Source: Tannerella sp. (GTDB taxonomy: Bacteria > Bacteroidota > Bacteroidia > Bacteroidales > Tannerellaceae). Taken from it: DNA of 64,000 nt. Below, piece by piece: positions 49,552 through 59,989 of the stretch. How positions within the stretch are numbered: the first letter of the stretch is position 1; each line of letters opens with the position of its first letter. Location of the stretch: positions 224 to 64,223 of the forward strand of contig JAISUX010000033.1 in NCBI GenBank assembly GCA_031271805.1. Direction: 5' to 3'. The notes below the pieces were generated by a model. That model did not search any database, was not told where the DNA came from, and worked only from the letters and a program-made list of their open reading frames with translations. Made by a program: the position numbers and the translations under genes.

Positions 49552-50649
49552 CTATAAATATTTTATTGGGTTTATATTTGCTATTGAGTTTTGAACTGCA
49601 AAGGTAGGGAATTTTTTTGAAATAATATGAAAGAAAATATCTTTTGTGCAAATTTCACTTTCATAATGTCCTATAACGGCTAACAAAATTTCGCCTTCTA
49701 CATCGTAGAAATCGTTGTATCGCGCCTCGCCGGTGATGAATATATCGGCATCTGCGGCGATGGCGTCCTTGATAAGGAAAGCGCCGCTTCCGCCACAGAT
49801 AGCTACGGTGCGCAACTTGCGGCCTGTCAGCTGAGAGTGTTTAAGGCACTCGACGCCGAGTGTGTCCTTAATACGTTGCAGGAAAATCAGTTCGTCTTCC
49901 CAGTCCGGCAAGTTGCCGATGACGCCGCTACCCGCCTGTTGCCATTCGTTTTCGAGGCGATAAAGGTCGAAAACGGGTTCTTCATACGGATGCGCCGACA
50001 GTAATGCTCTGACTACCTGCGCCTTTTTGTAGTCGGGGAGAATTGTCTCTATGCGGATTTCTTTGCCGGAGTATAATTCCCCCGGTTCGCCGCGATAGGG
50101 CGTGGTATCGCGACCGGGCAGGAAAGAGCCGGTTCCTTCCGTATTAAAACTACACGAACTGTAGTCGCCTATACTGCCTGCTCCGACTTTGAAAAGGGCA
50201 TGACGGAGCGTCTCGGCCGATTCTTCGGGGACAAACGTAACGAGTTTCAGGAGACGGTTCTTTTGCGGGCTTAAGACACGGGCGTCTTCAAGCCCGAACA
50301 TCTCGGCGAGTTTGTAATTAACGCCCCCTTCGGCATTGTCGAGGTTGGTATGGGCGGCATAAATAACGATGTCGTTCTTTATCGCCGTCATCAGGCAACG
50401 CTCGACATACGTCCTGCCTGTAAGCGATTTGAACGGCTTGAACGCAAGCGGATGATGCGAAATAATAAGATTAAATCCGGCGTCAATAGCCTCATTAACA
50501 ACATCTTCCGTGACGTCGAGGCACACGAGCGCACCGGTAGCCTGCTGCCCAATGTCACCCACCTGCACGCCTGCGTTATCGAAATCTTCCTGCAAACTCA
50601 AGGGAGCTATGCGTTCAATCTCATTCAATATGTCTTTAATCCTTATCAT
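49552..50649 (-). CDS. Nif3-like dinuclear metal centre protein (GTP cyclohydrolase 1 type 2 family)
   Basis: DNAG, SHHP, HTNLD, HPYEEP, CGGSG and GHYESE. Confidence 0.93.
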   Translation of the reverse strand: MIRIKDILNEIERIAPLSLQEDFDNAGVQVGDIGQQATGALVCLDVTEDVVNEAIDAGFNLIISHHPLAFKPFKSLTGRTYVERCLMTAIKNDIVIYAAHTNLDNAEGGVNYKLAEMFGLEDARVLSPQKNRLLKLVTFVPEESAETLRHALFKVGAGSIGDYSSCSFNTEGTGSFLPGRDTTPYRGEPGELYSGKEIRIETILPDYKKAQVVRALLSAHPYEEPVFDLYRLENEWQQAGSGVIGNLPDWEDELIFLQRIKDTLGVECLKHSQLTGRKLRTVAICGGSGAFLIKDAIAADADIFITGEARYNDFYDVEGEILLAVIGHYESEICTKDIFFHIISKKFPTFAVQNSIANINPIKYL

Positions 50650-50656
50650 ATTTCTA

Positions 50657-52414
50657 TTATGTAAGAGGACAAACCCGTATTTTCAGTTCATCTAACTGTA
50701 CATCTTCGAGTACCGAAGGAGCATCGAGCATCACGTCGCGACCGGAATTGTTTTTCGGGAAAGCAATACAGTCGCGTATCGAATCGAGGCCGGCGAACAA
50801 CGATACGAGGCGGTCAAGCCCGAAAGCGATACCTCCATGAGGCGGAGCACCATATTTGAAAGCGTTCATCAGGAAACCGAACTGCATCTGCGCCTTTTCT
50901 TCGCTAAATCCAAGCAGGCGGAACATCCTGTCTTGAAGCCCGCTATCGTGAATACGTATCGACCCGCCGCCTACCTCGACACCGTTGATTACAATATCGT
51001 AGGCATTGGCGCGAACTTCACCGGGTTTTTGTTCGAGGAAAGGGATATCCTCCGGCTTTGGCGAAGTGAAGGGATGATGCATCGCGTAGTAGCGTTGCGT
51101 CTCGTCGTCCCATTCGAGCAAGGGGAAATCGACAACCCATAGGCAGGCGAATACATCTTTGTCTCGCAGTCCGAGCCTGTTGCCCATTTCGAGCCTTAAC
51201 TCGCCTAATTGCTTGCGTGTCCTGTCGGCCGAATCGCCTGATAATATGAGTATAAGGTCGCCCGGTTCCGCTTCAAACGCAGCCTTGAGTTTTTGAAGTG
51301 TCTCTTGCGAATAAAACTTATCTACGCTCGATTTAACGGCGCCATCTTCCTCAATTTTGGCGTAAACCATCCCTTTCGCACCTATTTGCGGGCGTCTGAC
51401 GAAATCGGTAAGTTCATCTAATTGCTTACGGGTGTAGTTGCCGACTCCTTTTGCGCAGATGCCGCCTATATATTCGGCATTGTCGAAGACGGAAAAACCC
51501 GAACCTTTCAAAATCGCATCAAGTTCGACAAACTTCATTCCGAACCGGATGTCCGGCTTGTCGGATCCATAATATTTCATAGCATCCTTCCATGTCATCC
51601 GCGGGAAATCATCCTTGAAATTGATGTTGCGAACAGCGCTGAAAAGATGCTTCACCAATCCCTCAAATATCCGCAGCACATCTTCCTGCTCAACGAACGA
51701 CATCTCACAGTCTATTTGCGTAAATTCCGGTTGCCGGTCGGCTCGAAGGTCTTCATCACGGAAACACTTGACTATCTGGAAGTAACGATCGAAACCCGAA
51801 ACCATCAGCAGTTGCTTTAATGTTTGCGGCGATTGAGGCAAGGCGTAGAACTGTCCCGGGTTCATTCTCGACGGCACAACGAAATCGCGCGCCCCTTCGG
51901 GCGTCGAATTAACCAACACCGGCGTCTCGACTTCGAGGAAGCCGGCTTCACTCAAAAAACGGCGGGTCTCGAAAGCCATTTTGTGGCGCACTTCGAGGTT
52001 TTTACGAACGACCGCGCGGCGCAAATCCAAATAGCGATATTTCATCCGCAAATCGTCGCCACCATCACTTTCGTCTTCAATAGTGAACGGCGGAGTGAGC
52101 GAAGCGTTGAGTATAACAAGCTCACTTACAACGACTTCGATCTCTCCGGTCATGAGATGCGCGTTCTTTTTCGTTCTTTCCTTAACTATCCCTTTGACCT
52201 GTATGACGTATTCTCGTCCCAATTTGACGGCCTTTTCGCAGAGTGTTGCGTCGATTTCTTCACTGAATACCAATTGTGTCAATCCGTAACGGTCGCGGAT
52301 ATCGACAAAAGTCATACCGCCCATATCGCGTACTTTCTGCACCCATCCGGCAAGAGTGACTTCGTGACCCTCGTCTTTTAATCGCAGTTCTCCACAAGTT
52401 TTTGTCCTGTACAT
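50657..52414 (-). CDS. aspS: Aspartate--tRNA ligase
   Basis: [36 protein letters not shown] and [12 protein letters not shown]. Confidence 0.98.
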   Translation of the reverse strand: MYRTKTCGELRLKDEGHEVTLAGWVQKVRDMGGMTFVDIRDRYGLTQLVFSEEIDATLCEKAVKLGREYVIQVKGIVKERTKKNAHLMTGEIEVVVSELVILNASLTPPFTIEDESDGGDDLRMKYRYLDLRRAVVRKNLEVRHKMAFETRRFLSEAGFLEVETPVLVNSTPEGARDFVVPSRMNPGQFYALPQSPQTLKQLLMVSGFDRYFQIVKCFRDEDLRADRQPEFTQIDCEMSFVEQEDVLRIFEGLVKHLFSAVRNINFKDDFPRMTWKDAMKYYGSDKPDIRFGMKFVELDAILKGSGFSVFDNAEYIGGICAKGVGNYTRKQLDELTDFVRRPQIGAKGMVYAKIEEDGAVKSSVDKFYSQETLQKLKAAFEAEPGDLILILSGDSADRTRKQLGELRLEMGNRLGLRDKDVFACLWVVDFPLLEWDDETQRYYAMHHPFTSPKPEDIPFLEQKPGEVRANAYDIVINGVEVGGGSIRIHDSGLQDRMFRLLGFSEEKAQMQFGFLMNAFKYGAPPHGGIAFGLDRLVSLFAGLDSIRDCIAFPKNNSGRDVMLDAPSVLEDVQLDELKIRVCPLT

Positions 52415-52511
52415 ATAATAAAATATCAAATAAAAGTGTACAAAAGTACTGCTTTTTTGAAATATCGCAAAAGTTTTCGCCCGAAAATTTTGTTTGTTTA
52501 AAAATAATCTC

Positions 52512-52519
52512 TACCTTTG
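52512..52519 (+). promoter_or_regulatory. -7 promoter box for tRNA-Ser
   Basis: TACCTTTG with TTTG about 20 nt upstream. Confidence 0.6.
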
Positions 52520-52556
52520 TCGCCGTTTTTGAGACTTTGAGCGCACAAAATCGTTT

Positions 52557-52643
52557 GGAAAGATGGGTGAGTGGCTTAAACCAACAGTTTGCTAAACTGT
52601 CGTACGGGTTTCTGTACCGGGGGTTCGAATCCCCCTCTTTCCG
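52557..52643 (+). tRNA. tRNA-Ser(GCT)
   Basis: GGAAAGA/TCTTTCC acceptor stem; ACAGT-TTGCTAA-ACTGT anticodon arm; long variable arm; GTTCGAATCC. Confidence 0.95.
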
Positions 52644-52675
52644 CATAAAATCTCTTTTGCATCTACAAATAAATA

Positions 52676-52707
52676 AGGGGATGAGTTTGTAAACGAACTC
52701 ATCCCCT
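52676..52707. terminator. Probable bidirectional terminator between tRNA-Ser and rhaT
   Basis: 12-bp stem AGGGGATGAGTT/AACTCATCCCCT between convergent genes. Confidence 0.75.
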
Positions 52708-52725
52708 CTTGTTAAAAACAACTTT

Positions 52726-53760
52726 TCAATTCATAGATAAAGCCACTACGATAATCGAGGCGATAAGGACGATAAGTCCGATGACAAGCACCGTAATCGT
52801 CTTCGAGCCTGAGCCTTTCCATTCTTTCAGAATTATGCCCCAAACATTGCTGAATGTGACGTTCAACGACATCAATATGCTCCATGAGAATGCTAAGAGC
52901 ACAGGGCTGTCGCTAAGGAAACTCTTGCCCATTTCCAGTCCGAAGAACTGCGAGTACCACAGAACGCCGGCCAACGCACAGAATAACAGATTGTTAGTAA
53001 GCGTTTTAGCATTTACCGACAAATAATCGCCACCTGTTTTGTTCTTGATATTCTGTTGGATACAATACGTAGCGTTAGTCAGGAAGCCGCCGAAAGTGAC
53101 TAATGCGACTACCGGCAAGCCAGCATACAGAGCGGGAACTCCCTTTGCGAGGATAAAATCCTTGATAGGCGCTCCATATTCTAAGCCGAGGGCAAAACAA
53201 GCGCTCATCACACCTGCTAAAATGGCTATTATCAGGCCTTTCTTCAATGCAAAATCTTTGACCGCCTTACGTTTTTCTTCCTCCGACATGTTTTTCGACT
53301 TCAACGCGCCTGCGTAGCCGATGATTGCTATGCCGGCTATGGCTATTGCAACGCCAATCAAGAGCAGCAAGCCGTCGCCTTTAAAGAGGTTTTCGCCCTT
53401 TATCAAAGCGGGAATCAGCGTCCCGAAGGCAGAGCAGGTACCGAGAGCCAGCGACTGACCGAGGGCGATGCCGAGATAGCGCATACTCAAACCGAAAGTC
53501 AGTCCGCCGACGCCCCAGAGAGCGCCGAAAAGTATAGCCATCCACGCCCCGCCGGCGCCCAGAATCTCACATATACAGGCGCCCGAAGGCACAATAGCGA
53601 GGAAAGCCCCGGCTATCGGGAACACCAACCAGGCGAAAATGCCCTGCGTGAGCCAAAACGACTCCCACGACCATTGCTTGACCTTGTTGATCGGCACATA
53701 GGAACTCGACTGACCGAAACTTCCTATGGCGATGATTAGTAATCCTATCAGTGTGTTCAT
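52726..53760 (-). CDS. rhaT: L-rhamnose/proton symporter
   Basis: WSWESFW and WGVGGLTFGLSMRYLG; about 10 TM helices; downstream of rhaA. Confidence 0.93.
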   Translation of the reverse strand: MNTLIGLLIIAIGSFGQSSSYVPINKVKQWSWESFWLTQGIFAWLVFPIAGAFLAIVPSGACICEILGAGGAWMAILFGALWGVGGLTFGLSMRYLGIALGQSLALGTCSAFGTLIPALIKGENLFKGDGLLLLIGVAIAIAGIAIIGYAGALKSKNMSEEEKRKAVKDFALKKGLIIAILAGVMSACFALGLEYGAPIKDFILAKGVPALYAGLPVVALVTFGGFLTNATYCIQQNIKNKTGGDYLSVNAKTLTNNLLFCALAGVLWYSQFFGLEMGKSFLSDSPVLLAFSWSILMSLNVTFSNVWGIILKEWKGSGSKTITVLVIGLIVLIASIIVVALSMN

Positions 53761-53765
53761 CTCGA

Positions 53766-55022
53766 TTACTTACGCTTCAGTGTTACCGTTTTCTCGTATT
53801 TCTCAATATCTGCGATATAATCGAGACCGACAGGCACGTCGTTTTCGAGGCAAAACTCATCCCAGACTGCGTTCCAGGGCATGTTCTTCAGTTCCTCCTG
53901 CAGGGCAAGACGCTGGAAGTTCTGCTCACGAGCCTCGTACTGTTGAAGTTTCTTCTGTGGTTCGAGGAGAGCGAGCAAAATAGCTTTTTGCGTTGAGCGT
54001 GAGCCTATTACATAAGCGCCGATGCGATTGATTGAAGCGTCGAAATAGTCGAGGCCGATATGAACGCGACTGAGGGCGTTGCAACGGATTATCTCGCGTG
54101 CAAGGTCTTGCAAGTCGTCGTTGAGGATGACCACGTGGTCGCTGTCCCAACGTATCGGACGGCTGACGTGGAGCATGATTTCCGGCGTAAAGAGCAGCAA
54201 CGATGAGATCTTATCCGCCACGCTTTCGGTAAGGTGGAAATGGCCTGTGTCAAGCGTAACGATTTTGCCCTTCTTAGCGCCGTAGCCAAGGTAGAAGTCA
54301 TAAGAACCGACGGTATAGGATTCAAGCCCTATGCCGAACAGTTTCGCTTCGATGCAATCTTTCATGTTTTTGTACTTGGTCGTGAAAATCTCGTCGAGCG
54401 ACTGTTCCAAGATCTGGCGGTATTTCAGACGATTAGCCGGCACTTCTTTGCTGCCGTCGTGAATCCAAAGATTCATTATGCAGGGGTCGCCCTGCGCCTT
54501 ACCCATAGCCTCGCTTATCTTGCGGCAACGCTTGGTGTGCTCGATCCAGAAATCGCGGATAGCCTTGTCCGGATTCGCCAATGTCAGGCTGCCGCTCTTA
54601 GGATGCGAGAACGAAGTCGAATTGAAATCCAACTTCATACCGTTGTCTTTCGCCCAGTCCATCCAACTCTGGAAATGCTTGGGTTCGACCTGGTCGCGGT
54701 CAACAACCTTGCTGCCGAAGTCGCCGTAGATTTCGTGCAAACTTAAACGATGACTTCCGGGAATCAAAGAGGTCGCCTTGTTGATATCGGCGCGAACCTC
54801 ATCAATATTACGCGCTTTGCCGGGATAATTGCCCGTAGCCTGAATGCCGCCGGTCAATTCCCCACCCTGGTTTTCAAAGCCGCCTACATCATCGGTCTGC
54901 CAGCAGTGCAGCGACAATGAGACACCCTTTAATGCTGCCAATGCCTTATCGGTATCGACACCTAACTCCGCGTAACGTTCTTTCGCGGATTCATACTCTT
55001 TTTTAATCGTACTTTCTTTCAT
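53766..55022 (-). CDS. rhaA: L-rhamnose isomerase
   Basis: SLHCWQTDDV, GNYPGKAR, HVSRPIRWDSDHV and DYFDASINR. Confidence 0.96.
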   Translation of the reverse strand: MKESTIKKEYESAKERYAELGVDTDKALAALKGVSLSLHCWQTDDVGGFENQGGELTGGIQATGNYPGKARNIDEVRADINKATSLIPGSHRLSLHEIYGDFGSKVVDRDQVEPKHFQSWMDWAKDNGMKLDFNSTSFSHPKSGSLTLANPDKAIRDFWIEHTKRCRKISEAMGKAQGDPCIMNLWIHDGSKEVPANRLKYRQILEQSLDEIFTTKYKNMKDCIEAKLFGIGLESYTVGSYDFYLGYGAKKGKIVTLDTGHFHLTESVADKISSLLLFTPEIMLHVSRPIRWDSDHVVILNDDLQDLAREIIRCNALSRVHIGLDYFDASINRIGAYVIGSRSTQKAILLALLEPQKKLQQYEAREQNFQRLALQEELKNMPWNAVWDEFCLENDVPVGLDYIADIEKYEKTVTLKRK

Positions 55023-55055
55023 GATTGTGAAATTTGAATATAAAATAATTACTGT

Positions 55056-56480
55056 TTACTTAGTTGGCATAAATGTCTTGACATTGAATGCTTTAGCGAT
55101 GATGCGGCGTATTTCCCAGCGGTCTTTTACCAAACCGGAGGCTTTGGCCTGCATCAGGCAGTTACCGATTGCGGTGGCCTCCGACGGCCCTGCCACTACC
55201 GGTATTCCGAGTGCATCGGCGGTCATTTGGTTGATGAGATCATTCTGCGAACCGCCGCCTATGATATGCAGTTTTTCTATTGGGAATGAGACCATTCCGC
55301 TCAACAGATTGATAACTTCCTTATAGCGTGCAACGAGGCTTTCGAATATGCAACGTACAAACTCGGCATCGGTCGAAGGCGCCGTCTGCCCGCTCTCAAC
55401 ACAGATCTCGGCTATAGCCTTAGTCATGCTTGCAGGATTGGCGAGGCGCGGATCGTCCGGACTTACAATCGACTTAAAATAAGCCGCTTGCAAAGCCATT
55501 TCGGTTATCTCAGAGTAAGAATATTTGCGTCCGGCTTTCTCCCATTCCTTGCGGCTCTGTTCGAGCAGCCACATTCCCGTTATATTTTTAAGGAAGCGGG
55601 TGGTTCCTTCGACGCCGCCTTCGTTTGTGAAATTCGCGTCGAAAGAATCTTTCGTGATGATCGGCGAAAGCGTTTCTACTCCCATCAGGCTCCATGTCCC
55701 ACTGCTCAAATAGGCGAAATTGGGGCTGTCGGCAGGAACGGCAAGGACAGCCGAAGCCGTATCGTGCCCGGCAACGGTTACGACCGGCACAGGCCCTAAG
55801 CCTGTTTCCTCCGCCAGGGCATCGGTAAGAGGGCCTATGACAACACCCGGAGCAGTCAACGGAAGAAGCAACGACGGTTTGGCGCCGAAAGCCGTGAGCA
55901 ACGACGTCTCAAACTCCTTTGTCGCAGGATTTAATATCTGCGAAGTCGAAGCCTCAGTATATTCGCAAACTTGCTTTCCCGTAAGCATATACGAAAGCAA
56001 ATCGGGCATGAACAGGATCTTGTCGGCCGCATTAAACGGCGAGAAGCCCTCCTTCTTTGCCGCGAACAATTGGTAGAGGCTGTTGAAATTCATTACCTGA
56101 ATCCCCGTCTGTCCGTAAACCTTCTCGCGGGGCACAATCTCGAAATATTCGTCCGGCGCGCCGTTAGTATAAGGATCGCGATACGCGCGAGGCAAACCGA
56201 GTATGGTTCCATCCGAGCCAATATAGCCGAAATCGACTCCCCAGGTATCAATGCCTATCGAAGTCAGTTTGATACCCTGACGCGCACACTCTTTCAAACC
56301 CTCCTTTAATGAATTATACAGACCGAAAACGTCCCAATAATACTTGCCGTGAAGCTCTGTCATCGCGTTCGGAAAGCGAGTAAATTCTTTCATCTCAAAA
56401 TTCCCGTCTTCGAGAGTTCCGAGTATTGAACGCCCACTCGTGGCGCCCAAATCAAATGCTAAAAAATAACTTTTCCCCAT
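55056..56480 (-). CDS. rhaB: Rhamnulokinase
   Basis: DLGATSGR, IDTWGVD, GHDTASA, SSGTWSLMG and NEGG. Confidence 0.93.
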   Translation of the reverse strand: MGKSYFLAFDLGATSGRSILGTLEDGNFEMKEFTRFPNAMTELHGKYYWDVFGLYNSLKEGLKECARQGIKLTSIGIDTWGVDFGYIGSDGTILGLPRAYRDPYTNGAPDEYFEIVPREKVYGQTGIQVMNFNSLYQLFAAKKEGFSPFNAADKILFMPDLLSYMLTGKQVCEYTEASTSQILNPATKEFETSLLTAFGAKPSLLLPLTAPGVVIGPLTDALAEETGLGPVPVVTVAGHDTASAVLAVPADSPNFAYLSSGTWSLMGVETLSPIITKDSFDANFTNEGGVEGTTRFLKNITGMWLLEQSRKEWEKAGRKYSYSEITEMALQAAYFKSIVSPDDPRLANPASMTKAIAEICVESGQTAPSTDAEFVRCIFESLVARYKEVINLLSGMVSFPIEKLHIIGGGSQNDLINQMTADALGIPVVAGPSEATAIGNCLMQAKASGLVKDRWEIRRIIAKAFNVKTFMPTK

Positions 56481-56630
56481 GATATAAAAATTCTTATTTA
56501 TTTTTGGTGCAAAATTATCTGTTTTTCCGAATTATATGATACTTTTTTTGATATTTATTGTTTCAATTCTGACAGTTTTCATTTTTTTTGCGTACCTTTG
56601 CGTTTCGTAACGATAAAAACTTTGCGAAGT

Positions 56631-57521
56631 ATGGATACAAAGCGCGAAAGCAGGTTGCTTTATCTTACTGTCGGCGCCAACGATGAAGATTGGGGCATAG
56701 TAGTGACAACCGTGGGTTTTCAGTCGATCACTCACGGCGTAGCATACCCGCCTGTTCAACACCCTAATACTCACCTGTTTACACCCGAAAAAGGACGTAT
56801 CATCAACGAGTATCAGTTGGTTTACATCGTTAAAGGTAGCGGGTGGTTCTCGTCGCAATCGTTGAAAAAGAAGCTGAAAGTCGTCGCCGGCACGATGATA
56901 TTGCTCTTTCCCAACGAATGGCATAGCTATGCGCCTGATAATGAGACCGGATGGGATGAATATTGGGTAGGATTCCGCGGCGAGCACATTGATAATCGCG
57001 TGAGAAAAGGTTTTTTTTCGCGCGAGGAACCTTTGCATAATATCGGTCTAAGTACTTCTATAGTAGGCCTTTACGATGATATCATCAGAATAGCTGAAAA
57101 GGAGAAGACCGGTTATCAACAGATGATTTCGAGCATTGTACTGTCAATTTTGGGAAGCGTCTATTACAAGAGCAAAAACATACAATATGCCGATTCCTAT
57201 ATCGTTGACAAGATAAGGGAGGCTCGCGATATTATGAAAAATCCCGATTATTTCAACATTTCGCAGATGGAAATAGCTCGAAAAATAGGTATGGGATACA
57301 CCTGGTACCGCAAAAAATTCAAGGAATATACCGGCGTCACTCCCGCCCGCTACCAAATACAGCAAAAACTGATGAAAGCAAAGGAATTGCTCACAACAAC
57401 CGGCAACAATGTTTCGGAAATCGCCTTTTCCCTCCGTTTTGAATCGGTAAGGCAATTTTCTACTTTTTTCAAGCATTACGAAGACATCACACCCTCGGAA
57501 TTTAGACATCGCACACATTAG
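56631..57521 (+). CDS. AraC-family regulator, divergent from rhaBAT (RhaR-like)
   Basis: N-terminal cupin-like domain and C-terminal double HTH (EIAFSLRF...FSTFFK...TPSEFR); TACCTTTG box at 56593. Confidence 0.9.
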   Translation: MDTKRESRLLYLTVGANDEDWGIVVTTVGFQSITHGVAYPPVQHPNTHLFTPEKGRIINEYQLVYIVKGSGWFSSQSLKKKLKVVAGTMILLFPNEWHSYAPDNETGWDEYWVGFRGEHIDNRVRKGFFSREEPLHNIGLSTSIVGLYDDIIRIAEKEKTGYQQMISSIVLSILGSVYYKSKNIQYADSYIVDKIREARDIMKNPDYFNISQMEIARKIGMGYTWYRKKFKEYTGVTPARYQIQQKLMKAKELLTTTGNNVSEIAFSLRFESVRQFSTFFKHYEDITPSEFRHRTH

Positions 57522-57524
57522 AAT

Positions 57525-58145
57525 ATGACAATTATAAAGAAATATTTTCCGGAAATATCCGATATTCAGACAAACAAGTTTAGCATTTTGGGGGAGCTTT
57601 ACGCCGACTGGAACGCAAAAATCAACGTCATTTCGCGCAAGGACATCGACAATCTCTACGAGAGACATATCCTTCATTCTCTGGCTATTGCGGAGTTCAT
57701 ACGCTTTACTGCCGAGACAAAAGTTATGGACGTCGGCACGGGCGGCGGATTTCCGGGCATCCCGCTCGCCATAATGTTTCCCGAAGTGCATTTTCACCTT
57801 ATCGACAGCATCGGGAAAAAGATAAAGGTCGCACAGGCGATAGCCGATGCCGCAGGACTTAAGAACGTGACTGTGCGACAATGCCGCATTGAAGAGGAAA
57901 AGGCGACGTTCGACTTCATCGTCAACCGCGCCGTTATGCCCTTGCCCGACCTGGCGAGGCTTGTCCGCAAAAACATCTCACGCCGACAAATCAATGCCCT
58001 CCCCAACGGGTTGATATGCCTCAAGGGTGGCGATGTCAGGAAAGAAACCACCCAATTCGGCCGTAATGTTATAATCACCGATTTGAGTGACTACTTCGAA
58101 GAAGAATTTTTTGAAACAAAAAAAATAATTTACTTGCCATTATGA
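57525..58145 (+). CDS. rsmG: 16S rRNA m7G527 methyltransferase
   Basis: WNAKINVIS, HILHSL, DVGTGGGFPGIPL and LKGG. Confidence 0.95.
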   Translation: MTIIKKYFPEISDIQTNKFSILGELYADWNAKINVISRKDIDNLYERHILHSLAIAEFIRFTAETKVMDVGTGGGFPGIPLAIMFPEVHFHLIDSIGKKIKVAQAIADAAGLKNVTVRQCRIEEEKATFDFIVNRAVMPLPDLARLVRKNISRRQINALPNGLICLKGGDVRKETTQFGRNVIITDLSDYFEEEFFETKKIIYLPL

Positions 58146-58786
58146 TAACAGTTAAACGTTTTACATTCAACTATTTCGGCGAAAATACTTACCTGATCTT
58201 TGATGAGACGAGGGAAGCCGTGATAATCGACTGCGGATGCATTAACAGGCAGGAAGAAACAGCGCTTTCAGGCGCTATTTCGGACAATAAGCTGATAATA
58301 AAAAGGTTATTGTCAACACATTATCACTTCGACCATGTAGTCGGTAACGGTTTTATCTTCATGGAATACGGCATCAGCCCCGAAATGCACCGGAACGAAA
58401 GGAATGACAATACCCCGTCGCTCGACATGCAGGCACGCGCATTCCGTATCCCTGGAACTTTTAAAGATGTTGAAACTAAGCATTTTATAGAAGAAAACGA
58501 GGAAGTGCGTTTCGGTAACGTCAGGCTAACAGCCCTTCTTGTCCCCGGACATTCGCCGGCCAGCCTCGCCTTTTATAGCGAAGCGGATAAGGTGGTTTTT
58601 ACCGGCGACGCACTGTTTTACGGCAGCATAGGCCGGACAGACTTGTGGGGAGGCAATTATAACACGCTGATTACAAGCATAAAAGAAAAGCTGCTGACGC
58701 TACCGGGCAATACGGTCGTCTATCCTGGGCACGGCGAATCGACGAGCGTCGGTTTTGAAAAAGCCAACAATCCGTATTGCGGTTAA
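58142..58786 (+). CDS. MBL-fold metallohydrolase (glyoxalase II-like)
   Basis: THYHFDH, PGHS, GDALF...GRTD and PGHG. Confidence 0.92.
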   Translation: MITVKRFTFNYFGENTYLIFDETREAVIIDCGCINRQEETALSGAISDNKLIIKRLLSTHYHFDHVVGNGFIFMEYGISPEMHRNERNDNTPSLDMQARAFRIPGTFKDVETKHFIEENEEVRFGNVRLTALLVPGHSPASLAFYSEADKVVFTGDALFYGSIGRTDLWGGNYNTLITSIKEKLLTLPGNTVVYPGHGESTSVGFEKANNPYCG

Positions 58787-58789
58787 ACT

Positions 58790-59989
58790 TCATCGCCGCG
58801 TTTGATAATCGGCAAACTTATTCGATATAAGCCGGATCAAGTACCTGTCATTCGTCGCGTTCAGACCGCAAACTTTTTCTAAGACAAAGGCTATGCCCCT
58901 CTTCTTATAACTATCGAAAAGGATATCGGCCTCGGAACGATTGCCGTTTTCGTCGGTCGCATTGAAGAAAAAAGAGTAAGTCATAGCTTCAATAATCAGC
59001 GAATAATCCATGGATTGCTGCTGAGCAAGGCGTATGATACCCATGAAACGGTCGTCGAAACCTAATTTGCGTATGCGGTCTTGCCCGACACGGAAAATGG
59101 TGTCTTTCAGCGCTTTATTGCGAAAACGACGTAAGAGGTCATCGACATGGGCTTCGAGGCTTTCGAGGGTATAATCGGACGGATAAACGGATTGCAGAAC
59201 AAGCGCCGACTGAAGCATCGCCGCACATACGAAAGCAAAAACGTCGGTATCTTCAAGCGCTTCGTAAATATATTTAGCTTCGGGGTGGCGATAATTGCCG
59301 TAATAAGCCGTTGCCGCATGCCCCATATTATGAATAAAGGCCTTGCGATCGACCCAGGCGGCGATGTTGTTTTTCGGAACGAGACCATCGACCTCCGGTA
59401 TGCCGCCGAGAAAGCCGTGCTTATCTACAATCAGTTGGTTGTATGGCTCGGCAAAGACGGCCAAAAGGTCTTTCCTGATGTCCTCTTCGGTCATTATCGG
59501 CACCATTTTACCTATGCTCGTCTCAACTAAACCGAGAGTAGTCCGTAGCGGAAAACCATTGGGCAAATAGCCGCATAATCCATTGTAAACAAATACTTTG
59601 GCATCACGCATATTTTCTGCTAAAATCAAATCGACCGGCTTATCGGGAAAATCGGCATGCCGTCGCTCTATTCCCTTGGCAATCAGAGGTATAATCTCTC
59701 CTAAAAAATTTTTACCTACGGAAACAGCCATTATTGAGGCGCGGCTTATTTCTTCAACGACCTGCTCAGGGTCGTATCCGTCGATTGCACGGACGTTATG
59801 AACGGTTATTGTCTCGTCGGTTTCGCCCTTAAGAATGACACGGTATGAGCCTTGACGGTTCAGCGCCTCAATCAAAGCCTTATCAACATCCGAGAACACC
59901 ACTTCATAGCCTGCACGCCCGAAGAGCTGGCCGATGAAAGAGCGGCCTATTTTCCCTGCGCCGAAGATGAGTATGGATTTACCCGACAT
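58790..59989 (-). CDS. Mannitol-1-phosphate 5-dehydrogenase-like polyol dehydrogenase
   Basis: FGAGKIGRSFIG Rossmann motif; AEN; RKAFIHNMGH; DTIFRVGQDRIRKL. Confidence 0.82.
   Translation of the reverse strand: MSGKSILIFGAGKIGRSFIGQLFGRAGYEVVFSDVDKALIEALNRQGSYRVILKGETDETITVHNVRAIDGYDPEQVVEEISRASIMAVSVGKNFLGEIIPLIAKGIERRHADFPDKPVDLILAENMRDAKVFVYNGLCGYLPNGFPLRTTLGLVETSIGKMVPIMTEEDIRKDLLAVFAEPYNQLIVDKHGFLGGIPEVDGLVPKNNIAAWVDRKAFIHNMGHAATAYYGNYRHPEAKYIYEALEDTDVFAFVCAAMLQSALVLQSVYPSDYTLESLEAHVDDLLRRFRNKALKDTIFRVGQDRIRKLGFDDRFMGIIRLAQQQSMDYSLIIEAMTYSFFFNATDENGNRSEADILFDSYKKRGIAFVLEKVCGLNATNDRYLIRLISNKFADYQTRR

Noticed and set aside
52557-52710. tRNA-Ser as an island attachment site
   Set aside because: No adjacent integrase and no duplicated tRNA 3' end were noticed.
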